Of a stretch of DNA of 64,000 nt, positions 54,056 to 64,000 are shown piece by piece; position 1 is the first letter of the stretch, and each line of letters begins with the position of its first letter. This DNA comes from Ramazzottius varieornatus (lineage: Eukaryota; Animalia; Tardigrada). The stretch covers positions 1,232,973 to 1,296,972 of the forward strand of contig BDGG01000012.1 of the NCBI GenBank assembly GCA_001949185.1, written 5' to 3'. The notes beneath the pieces are model-generated. The model saw only the letters and a list, made by a program, of their open reading frames with translations. It searched no databases and was not told the origin of the DNA. Both the position numbers and the translations under genes were made by a program.

Positions 54056-54509
54056 TCAATGATCAGAGACGTGTGAAACATTTACGAGTGGATCCCAGGC
54101 GTTACGGCTTCTTTCTAATCCGGTTAGCGTGGGTTCCTCATCCGGCGACGACTGGTAGACCTCCGCATGAACATAGCGCTCATTGTCTGCTCGAATCTAC
54201 GAAGTCAGAAACATCCTAATTGGTAATTGTAAGGCTGCACTAGAGTTTCTCACCTTGAAGGAAGTGTAAGTTCCAGGTCCAACCTCCTGCACCTTGTAAG
54301 CAACGACGATGTATTCTTCGGACGGTCCGGTTCTTCCTTCCACTTTGTGGCGCACCTGCAAAAATGAAGGACCGTATAAGGCAACGACAGCCACTGCAAG
54401 CCAGAACGTTGAACGAGATACACTGTGAGCTCACCAGTTCAGCTAGTTTCTGAACGTTTTGGGGGACCTGCGAGATAGGTCCTCGAGTCGCGCGGCCTTG
54501 GTTCATCAT
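54056..54509 (-). CDS. Stefin (type 1 cystatin)-like protein A, 3 exons
   Basis: MMNQGRATRGPISQVPQNVQKLAEL|VRHKVEGRTGPSEEYIVVAYKVQEVGPGTYTSFK|IRADNERYVHAEVYQSSPDEEPTLTGLERSRNAWDPL. Confidence 0.7.
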
Positions 54510-55113
54510 TCCGATCAGCACCACTGATGAATTGAACTTCTGGAAGACGCCACGGCACAAGACGGTCAGTCTGGCTTACAGTGATCGATGCTGCAAGCCT
54601 GTTTTCTATATCTCTGGTACATCGACAAACAGTTAGTCAAGAAAGCCAGTACTGTACTTCCCTGCGGGCTATCCTGGAAGCATACAGTCATAACAGAGGT
54701 AATGTCAACCATTTCCATTCTGAATGCTAGTACGTACCCTGTTTGTACGCCACCTCAGCATTAAAGTGAAGGGACGGAAGACAGAATGCCTCGCGCCGGA
54801 CTGTCTGACTACAGTTCGCAAACGAAAGACCAACGTTGCAGAAAGAATTTTAAAATGTCTGACATTTGGTCGTTCAAAGGCAACAACGAAGATCGGAACA
54901 CAGTATTCAGTCTGAACAACGGTGTCGAACGTAATCTGGAACAAGTTTGCGGGCATATGTAAAATGTCAGAGCATTGTCTGATAAAACGAGAAATCAAGT
55001 GCTAAAATAAGAAGAGATCGCTATGAGTTGGTTCTTAACTTCTTACGAAATATAATAATTATAAACATGTAAGTATCTTTGTATGTACAATACTGTAAGT
55101 TCAGTCATGCAAT

Positions 55114-55900
55114 TCAGCGGTTCACTTTGTCTTTGGGGACAATCACGAGCATCTCGCCACCTTTGGAATTCAAGGCTTCGCGAAGGAAGGAAATGACGGC
55201 CGAGTCGTTCCCAATGAGGACAGGACCTTTGGACTTGGAATCCAAGTTATAGAACATGCGCTTAGACTCACGAAATGCATCCATGGCTTTTGATGGGGCA
55301 CTTTGTGCACTCTGCGAGCTTTGTGACGGAACAGGAGAGCCACTCGTTACAATGGGACGAATACTGATCCAGTGTCGACGTCCAAGAGGCAACTTCAAGA
55401 AAGACCCAAGCGCGTAATCGTTGGGAATGTTCAGGATGAATCCAACGACTTCGGATAGATCCAAATTCGACAGGTCACTATAAACACAACCAAAGCTTCC
55501 AGCGTGATGCTTAGTCAATTCAGCACTTCAACACCGTTATTGACACTGAATACCTTCGCTTGTCGAACCAAATGGCTTCGCAGTTCTTTTCCTGTACAGC
55601 GACCATAATGACGTTCACATCGTAGTTGCCCCATCCAAAGAACGATCTGTGTGGGTTTCCCCATCCTTTCTGCGGGTCCAGCCTAAACAAGCAAGACCCT
55701 TATTTTCGTACTGGACTATCACACAACCGTACACTGCCCTACTCTCAGCTAGAGATACGCACATACCTCTCGCATATTTCGTCCAACGATTTCTTAGTGA
55801 AGAAGCTTTCTCCATATAGGTTGTTCAAAGCGTGGAGCGCACAGAATTGCCTGTGCTGAACCTCATGATAGATCTTTTGCTGTGAGGATCGGGTGTCCAT
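55114..55900 (-). CDS. JOSD: Josephin-domain deubiquitinase (JOSD1/2-like)
   Basis: [19 protein letters not shown] (catalytic Cys), NPHRS...[17 protein letters not shown] and FYNLDSK. Confidence 0.93.
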
Positions 55901-56534
55901 AATAATTAAGGTCTCCCGGGCTTCGGGAGATGTGGGGATGACGCGTCGGTTTTTGACAAAGGACCGAGGACGACAAAGAGCGACGCTCCACTCCTATAGC
56001 TCAGTCCTTCCTATGGCTCAGTTAAGAACGTCCAGCATAGCAGACCACCATCACCTGGAATCCAAGCTCCACCATCTGATTCAGCGCCCGGATCGGTCAC
56101 TCAGTCATTGCAGAACCAAGAATAGAAGTCAAAGAAGAACACGAGATAACGATTCTGATGAAGGATGAAACTAACTCTAATCGAGTTTGCACCATCGCGT
56201 AATTAGGGCTGTTACCAAACAGCCCCCGATTGGGTTCGCTCCGCGATGACAATGGCTGCAAGGGCTTCACCCTCAGATATCGCAATTGGGGTACTCACTG
56301 AACTTCTAGCCTAACGAAAACTACTGTATTCCCTCGATGGTTTCGCGAATCACGTGACGGTCGACGTAAATATTACCCGGCAGGGATGGAAAATGCCTGT
56401 GTCTTCAATCGACGTTACTCGCCAATCAAGTTCCGTGATGGGCGACAATCAGACAATCAGTGATGTCAGTGCGGCTGTGGTTTACTGGCGTGATGACGTG
56501 GATCGCGAAACCATCGAGGGAATACAGTAATCTG

Positions 56535-56742
56535 CAGGGGTCACTGGTCCGCGCGGTCCAAAAGACTTCAGTGGGCGAGATCGCGATGGCAGGGGGCCAG
56601 GGCCCCGGATGACAAGTCTGGTGGGCAGTAAACCAGCGAATGCTCATTGCGGGATTAGCCAGAAGACTTCTCATGCGGGGTTCTGGCCCTGCCCTTAACA
56701 ATCTCGCCTACTGAAGTCTTTTGGACCCCTCGCTGACCCCTG
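56535..56742 (+). repeat. ~208-nt long imperfect inverted repeat (hairpin)
   Basis: ggtccaaaagacttcagtgggcgagat (56555-81) pairs with atctcgcctactgaagtcttttggacc (56701-27), with additional inner and outer arms. Confidence 0.85.
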
Positions 56743-57132
56743 ACTAATTTCAACCTTCCGGTTCCGATTCAGACGTCCTGTAAGCCTATAACCCTGTCAT
56801 TTTGAAGTCATCTGTTTCCTGTATCAGCACTTATCCAGCACCGCTGCAGCTTCACCTGCTTATCGTTGGAAACTCTGGACGAAAGAGGGCTGTCGCCATC
56901 GGATGATCGGGATTTGGACTTGGGGATATCGAGACCCTGACTGTATAGTACTGCGTTCGGGCAATCACTGTAGCACAGCAGCTCTACTGTTTCCGTCCTA
57001 TCGCCAGTTTCGTGGTAGGCTGATACGAGCTTTTTTTGCGGAACGAAATTTGTCACGAAAAGCTGAATCGTCCAGGAGTCTACTGGATTTCTACACTGTT
57101 GAATTTCTGTTCCAGCCGTTTGGGAAGCGACC

Positions 57133-57435
57133 ATGAAGTGCCTGACGTCTTGGCCTGTCAGGATACTCTCCGCGGGATCAACGCGTCGACTGCTTGGATG
57201 CAGTGAATACTTCAAAACGCCTGTTGCTTTCGTAACCGGCAAACCCAAGAATCGTTTTCTGTGGCCCCAAAAGTATGCGCGAGTACCTAAGCAAACCGAA
57301 CGGTTGGAGAAGCTGAGAAAAGAAGCAGCGGAACTGGGGATACCTGGCCCAGAGAAACTTCCTGAAATACGCCCTACAGTGTATTCTATGCCTACTATGC
57401 TTTACAAGAAATACTACACGATCAAAATCGAATAG
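57133..57435 (+). CDS. Small basic orphan protein (100 aa), possibly mitochondrial
   Basis: ATG shortly after a polypyrimidine-cag acceptor and an Arg/Ser-rich N-terminus; no family recognised. Confidence 0.45.
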   Translation: MKCLTSWPVRILSAGSTRRLLGCSEYFKTPVAFVTGKPKNRFLWPQKYARVPKQTERLEKLRKEAAELGIPGPEKLPEIRPTVYSMPTMLYKKYYTIKIE

Positions 57436-58484
57436 TCGCAGACAGGTGAGCCGATGGTTGCTTTCGTTTGACGGGCTTGTGCTCTCTGAAATATTCTGCT
57501 GCATTGGTGTGTTTTCTGTAGGTGACGAGGAAGGACTCCGGATGCTCGAAAGCAAAACACCGAAGCCCAGCATTTTCGTACGTCATGTACAGTTATTTTG
57601 TGAGGGAAACCTTTTTGACGTGTTCACGTTCGATAACAAGCTTTTTCGAGATGCTGCTGAAGTGCTGATAGGTTCGTGACTTGTGTAGAAGGACGATGTA
57701 CGAATGGCTTTTACGTCGACGTGATGCGTGTGATCGATGTAATGTGTTTTCTTCCTAGTCTTGTTGTTGGAGCTTTCATGTTGTGATGCAAGGCCTTGTG
57801 TGAAGTGAATGGGGGAAAGATGGAACAACATTTTGCAATAAAGAGCCGCAGTTATCGATCCTGTACGAGAGCAGCTTCCGCCTTCTGGTCATTATGATTG
57901 TCCCGCAGGATGTGTCATATCGATAGGTAGGTGACGGTCGAAGGAAGGTCTTATTGCTGTTATCTAATTGGATCCGATCTTGAATTCTCTCTTCGTGTGT
58001 CGGTTGTGTCATTTCCCTTCATGAGAAAGAACAAAATCAATTCTTCGAATGAACCAGGGTCCCTCCCAGCTGTCACCCGATGCGTACAGCCATAGGTAGG
58101 TCCCCAGGTGTCGGGACTCGATCGCTGTACGAGTGCACGTACCGGTGGAAAAATTAATGATCAAGTCATGGGGCCTGCATGAGATTACCGTAATTTCCCG
58201 GCATGCATGAAAGAAGAGCTGTTTGTTACACGAGCTTGACGTTGACTTTCCCTAAAGTAGCGATAGTACAGGTCTGTTCTTCGCCCTTGCGCATCTACCA
58301 AGCTTTTTCTCTTTCAATCGTCTATAACAGTTTTCCGGTACTAAATCTCAATAGCGCAATCATTATCCAACATTTCGAAAACACGTTAACGTGAAGACAG
58401 CGAACTTCTACCGTCGAACGAGCTCGAACAGCACTTTGAAGTTGACGTTCTGCGATTCGAGTGACTGCCTGATAACATTGCGCC

Positions 58485-59702
58485 ATGTTGTTCGTTGTGG
58501 TTTTTTCATCACTGTTATCGTCGTCATTCTTGGGCGTGGCATCTGAACATACAGCTACGGTTTCTATACCTCCTCTGACCGGTGCGATTTCACCCTACAT
58601 CGCCAATGTCTCAGTTGTCCCGGTGGTTCCAGCTGTTAATTCCCTCAGCCTGGTGAATCTTCCAGTTGTTCCGACTGGTGTCATTTCGATCAACATTACT
58701 CGCTCTGCTCCAGCCACCCCAACCGGACGATGCCGCAGCCTGGACTTACTGTCCGGTACTCCGTGTATACTATCGGACTGTGGTCGATTCCGGAGCATTG
58801 AGTGCAATGAAGCCACTGACAGGGACCTCTCGTCGGTCTTCACGACCTATGATAACACCTTCGGACAAGCAACGAAGAACCAGTCTGCCATGGCCAGTCA
58901 ACCCGCCAACCAGCCCACTTCCGGTCCAAGGCCTTCGGGTCTACCTCTGGCCATTCGGTTGAATGGAGGCATGATCAACAGAACTTCATCTCTGTTCGGT
59001 CCGCTGGCCGAACAAGTGGTCAAGCTCGAACTCAATCAGGTCGCAATGCCAACACTTCTCCCCGAAGGAACGTTTGCCGATCTAAAGAACCTTGTGACTT
59101 TGAACCTGAATGGAATCGTTACCGACACTCTCTCCGCTGGGACCTTTAGGAACCTAACTTCGTTACAAAGCATGTCGATTGACAGCCCGACAAATCTCCG
59201 CTTGATTCAACGAGGAGCTTTGGACCTAGAACAATTCCCTGCTTTGAAATGCATGAGACTGAACGTTTCCAGTCCGCGGTTCCTTTGCGACTGTGACACC
59301 AACACCTGGCTACAAAAAGCCCTCATCAACAACACTATGCTAATGAACAGAACTACTTGGAATGACACGTATATGCCAGCTGACGCTAATTCTTCGGTGG
59401 TATCTTGTGGTGTTAATATTGTGTGCTCGGGAAATTCCAATGAACCCTTCCGACGCAACATGGCCGACATCAACCTGGGAGCGGTATGCTCTATTCCGAC
59501 CACCACTGTGGCAACTACTTCCGTTGATACCAGCACTACGGCAGCAACTACTGCGCCTCCTCGAACAACCGTAGTCGTTCAGCAGAATGCACCTGCCGTT
59601 GCCACTGCTTTGGCGCGCAATGCGGCTAATGGTTCGCCATCCTTGTTTCCCGCATATCCGGCTCTGTTCATCGTCTTCGCTGTGCTCATCGCATTCCAAT
59701 AG
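58485..59702 (+). CDS. Secreted or GPI-anchored leucine-rich-repeat glycoprotein, single exon
   Basis: Signal peptide, LRRs (LPEGTFADLKNLVTLNLNG, LSAGTFRNLTSLQSMSI), LRRCT FLCDC..WL, Thr-rich stalk and hydrophobic C-terminus. Confidence 0.85.
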   Translation: MLFVVVFSSLLSSSFLGVASEHTATVSIPPLTGAISPYIANVSVVPVVPAVNSLSLVNLPVVPTGVISINITRSAPATPTGRCRSLDLLSGTPCILSDCGRFRSIECNEATDRDLSSVFTTYDNTFGQATKNQSAMASQPANQPTSGPRPSGLPLAIRLNGGMINRTSSLFGPLAEQVVKLELNQVAMPTLLPEGTFADLKNLVTLNLNGIVTDTLSAGTFRNLTSLQSMSIDSPTNLRLIQRGALDLEQFPALKCMRLNVSSPRFLCDCDTNTWLQKALINNTMLMNRTTWNDTYMPADANSSVVSCGVNIVCSGNSNEPFRRNMADINLGAVCSIPTTTVATTSVDTSTTAATTAPPRTTVVVQQNAPAVATALARNAANGSPSLFPAYPALFIVFAVLIAFQ

Positions 59703-60123
59703 GTTATGCTGCATTAATGTTGATTAGTTCCGTAATGCTTTGAAAGATCGATATTTTGACGTAATCCCTTTTGAAGTTCGTCGTTACCCAACCGCACATT
59801 GCCGCAAAAACATGTCCTTCTTTTCCGAATGGAATGATCACCTTTTTACAGTTTTAATTTTTAACTATCTTCCGTCACCCATTGTCACAGCATACTCGAA
59901 GGTCCAACACTGCAAGCAATATCATGAGGTCCCTCACTCATCACTAGTGCTTTAGTTCTCGAGAAAACTACCTATTGATAAAACTTATATTGAATAAAGT
60001 GCGCCTATCAATATCGATCCTCGTTCTCACCGGTCGCGCGTTACATAACAGAAAAATTTCCACGACGTGTCACCTTTGAAATATGTGTGGCGGAAGCGAC
60101 TTTTCCGGTCGAGCTGTTTATGC

Positions 60124-62248
60124 CTACGCTCCTACCGGCTGAGGGTTGTCGGGATTAAACAAAAGTTCACCACTTTTGAGTCTTCTCCTGAGTTCTTCGC
60201 GCATAAGACGCCGCTCCTTGACAGTCTTCTCCAAAAATCCCCGGTTTTCTTGAGCCCGTCGGACAAGGTAGGGAAGAACCTCGTCGACGCTTCCGTATGG
60301 AACGCACTTGACAACATTGAATCCCGCGTCCGCTACAAAAACAGAGCGACGTCGTTGCTGTCTTAATTGTTGACAAGCTTGTCAAGCTAGACTTATCGCG
60401 CAGTTCAATAGGAGACGTACCAAGGGTGAAGGAAAGATGGTCGCACATTCCAAGTAGCTGTCCAAAATAAATCTGGCGGGATCTGACGGGCAGTTGCAGT
60501 CTGCGGATCCTACAAGAGATTTTCGGGTCAGAGATTTCTACACAAGAGTAGACGGAACGAAAAGTGCTTACTCGGAAACAGCCCAATGGACAGTCTCTTC
60601 GTTGTGACCAGCAATAACGATATGAGTCTTCCCTTCACGAGCTTTCATGTCCTCCAGCATGGTTTGGACGACAGACTTGTACATCGCAGTTGTTGCTTCG
60701 AATGTCGAGTTGATGGGATCCGGGTACCCCATCGACGAAGCTCGCTCACGCTCCTATTCGCAGACAAGGAAGTACTGCGCCGCACGCACAATTGGCAAGA
60801 CGAGCTTACTACTGGCTTACCAGAACGATGTAGGCCCCACGAACAATCTTTCCGCCAAAGTAGAAGTTTTCCTTCTTGCTGAGGGACAGATGGGCAGTCA
60901 CGTCTTTGAGGGTCCTCTGCAACCCGCTTCACCGATGTGCGCAGCATCCGGATAAAATCTGACTAGAGGGAAACTGTAAAGTTCCACCTACCTTCAGATA
61001 GCATTGGTAGGTGTTATAGATGATTGGTTTCTCCAGATTGTACCGGCGCATCAATTGCAGGCTCAGTCTCGCAATCGCTGGCTGGAAGTAAGTCTGTTCC
61101 GCGTCTACCAGCACTCGCACGTTTCGCTCATCGGCGTGCTGCGTACAGACAACAAGACCAAAATTAATTATTTCGAGGAAACCCGGAAGTCAGGGTATGC
61201 TGTACCTTCGCTATGGTTTCCATTCGACGAATAAGGTCTCGTACTCCGGAAAGTTTTGCATCTAGAGATTTCTGTGAACCAAAACCTCCGTTCTCTGGAG
61301 TGGCGAGCTGTGCAAGGATGTCCTCCCCGGAAAGCTTTCCGGGTTCGCCAGAGTACTTTCCGGGCTCCATGGCACGCTCCCACCTCTCTACCATATCGGT
61401 GACAGCCATCTACAAGAAATATGCATGGTTCGTCCAACGTGCAATACAGCCAGTTGAAGGTTGGGTCTCGTACCAGTGTTTCCGGCTTGGCAAGAGCGGT
61501 GACTTTTATCGCAGCGAACCCGTCACAGGCAGTAGTCTGCTCCACTTGGTCGATGGTTTTAATGAAGGAATACATCGTCTGTTCCCGTCGATCCTGACGA
61601 ACTGACTTCCCGGTCTCATGTTTTCTGAAACAGAGTTGTTTCGTGCATATGCTACGATGGTTGCAAATAATTCAGAAAAAAAACCTCTTACGAACATTAG
61701 TCCAGACTTCTCCTGTTCTCCGCCTTGCTCGTCGTCCTCCACAGCGTAATTCCTTTAAGCAAAAAGCTCAGAAATGATGTAATTGGTTTTCTTAATAAAT
61801 TTGATACCTACAAAATAACATTGACTCCGAAATTGCTTCGTATCCGATGGATAAAGGGTTTGATTTCCTCCTCATTCTCTCCAGCTACAAACTGGCCGAA
61901 GAAACTGGCTTTCATGAGTTTATTGAACAATGTGTTTCCCAGCACACGTTTTCCGATTTTGACGAACTGCAAAAGAAAACCGTTCGTCGCCATTGTGATG
62001 AAACCAGGCAGAAAATTAGAAAAACCATCACTCACTTTCTCGCTGTGATCCACCAGAAACTCCCTCTTACAAAACCCAAGTACCAACAGAGATCGCAGAA
62101 GTTCCCGGGTAGTTTTACTTCGATATGCCAAGCGACAATCATCAAAATTCATCAAGGTAGATCCACCACTACTCGCTGTTCCACCGCCAAGAGGCACAGT
62201 CTTTAAGGTTCTTTGCATGCATAATAAGAAATCTTTCTTCCACGCCAT
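60124..62248 (-). CDS. Proline dehydrogenase family paralog, divergent and hydroxyproline dehydrogenase-like
   Basis: [58 protein letters not shown] and VVKCVPYGSVDEVLPYLVRRAQEN. Confidence 0.9.
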
Positions 62249-62417
62249 TATGAGATTCCTATGTACAGAATAGTTTTCGGGCACCACACGAGAAAATTCT
62301 TCTCAACACTAGCCAAAGCACTACAAACAAATAAATTAAGATCTGTCCACGGAGATAAAGAGCTCTTTCTTATGGAAAGCTGTCATGAGCGAAAGACAGC
62401 GCACACTCGAGATAGAA

Positions 62418-64000
62418 TCACACAGGCCAATAGTCACCCTTTGGTGTGTACATCAACTGTCCAGACATCAACCGTCGACCGAGTTCTTTCCCCAACAGTC
62501 GACGCTCCTTCGCAGTCTTCTCCAACACACCCTTATTCTCCAGTGCGCGACGCGATAGGTAGGGAAGTACTTCCTCGACTTCGCCGTACGGCACGTACTT
62601 GTATATACTGTAACCAGCTTGTCCTGTATAAAACATCAAGGTTGCCGTTAGAGTTCCGCTCGACAGTTATCAGCTCGTAAAAAGGTACGACTTACCCAGA
62701 TTAAAGCTAATCTGATCACACATTCCAAGTAGCTGCCCGAAACACACGACCCGATCGGCTGGTGCGATGCCCAGTTCTTTCATCCTGTAACCAAATGACG
62801 CTTCACGTAACAATGTGACTCGAACCACCAATATGGGACACGACTAGACTGAATCGCTAAAACCAGCTGCTTACTTTTGTACGGTAAAACGAACGGTTCC
62901 TTCGTTATGGGTTGCCATCCTGCAAGGTAACATGTGGGTCAGTAATGTATACTAGCTGATCGACCGGTTCCAACCCACAAAACTCTCTCACATTATGGCA
63001 ACTTTTCTGTCCTTGACTCCGCGAGCCACAACCTCTTCGAGGGCAGTCTCGACGACCCTCTCGTAGTTTTCTGTTGTGCTCTCGAAGTCTGGTTGAGTCG
63101 GGTCGGGATAATTCAATTGGGCAGCTCGGTCGCGCTCCTGCTTGATGTAGGCTCCGCGGACTATCTTGGCGCCGAAAAAGAAGTCCTCTTTGCGACTGAG
63201 TTCGAGGTGAGTGATGAAATCCTGGTATGTGTTCTGGAACGCACAGACAAGATATTGACTTTTCAACACCAAACTGGTTCGTGTTTCGAACATTCTTTTC
63301 TACCTTGAGGTAACACTGGTAAGTGTTGAACACGTAAGCTTTGTCGCGGTTGTAGCGCCTCATGAGTTCGATGGTCAATCGGCTGATAGCAGGCTGGAAG
63401 TACGTCTGTTCAGCATCGATCATCATACGAACCTCCTTGGACACGGCATGCTATATCAAAAATAAAACCGCCGGATTATAATCGTTGCGACAAACTGCTT
63501 GTCAAGTCAATAGCATTGCTCAGGTTCTCACTTCTGTTATGATCTTGAGACGGCGCATCATGTTGTAAAACATCTCCTCATCCTCGTCGGTGAACTTTTT
63601 CAAGAGAGACTTGAACTGCACGCCTTCAGGTCCAGCGAACGGAACGGGGACCCGCAGTAGGCGGTCCAGCTTCTTAGTTTGATCGATCACATCGCCCCAT
63701 TCGAACAGGTCGACCACCCTGCGCTCAAAAAAAACTATGGTCTTGGACAAAAGCCAACGAATGCCATCGAAGTCAAATAGTCTGGAGAGGAAATTTACCC
63801 ATCGCGGTTAGTGTCGATATGGCCTAACCATTCCTGGATTTCTGGCTTTTCGACAAATATACCGCGCTCAGTCAGGTAGTGTTTGAAGTCCTCCACCTTG
63901 GTACGACGCATCACCATAGGTTCGGTATCTTCGTCTAGTCCAAGAATATGGTTGAAATATCGCCGAGATTCAACCAAAGCAGCAGATAACCTCATCTGAA
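62418..64000 (-). CDS. PRODH: Proline dehydrogenase 1 (slgA-like), 5' part beyond right edge
   Basis: EF-hand-like [27 protein letters not shown] and [23 protein letters not shown]. Confidence 0.95.

Noticed and set aside
61808-61812. Apparent premature stop (VIL*) in the PRODH paralog
   Set aside because: The TAG lies within the intron donor (TT|gtaggt); splicing gives ILNYAVE

Overview
Gene-dense eukaryotic (invertebrate animal) genomic DNA with mostly 55-110 nt GT-AG introns and about 24 protein-coding loci, many arranged as divergent pairs. The compact layout, roughly balanced GC, arginine kinase and spaetzle fit an ecdysozoan such as a tardigrade; this is inference, not proven. Left to right: BRWD/PHIP (-, runs off the left edge), RPL30, ATP6V1H, PSMC1/Rpt2, an orphan helical-repeat protein, a giant acidic-tailed linker histone H1, glutaminase, SLC18B1, a CYP2-clan P450, a disabled arginine kinase, a tetraspanin, MRPS28, ZNF800-like, SERINC, LRPPRC, SLC35G1, an orphan HKTES-repeat protein, spaetzle-like, two tandem degenerate stefin-like cystatins, Josephin, a small orphan ORF, a GPI-type LRR protein and two tandem proline dehydrogenases. 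The most notable observations: (1) most of the unusually long introns hold either a ~100-bp palindromic MITE-like repeat (6 copies) or a large fold-back structure whose G-U pairs favour the sense strand, giving candidate intronic ncRNAs; (2) a ~200-nt intergenic hairpin; (3) a tandem PRODH paralog with a PRODH2-like specificity substitution (Tyr to Cys) and no EF-hand insert; (4) an arginine kinase with a frameshift and a TGA at a conserved Trp; (5) a ~480-aa BigH1-like histone. Exon boundaries were read by eye and are approximate.
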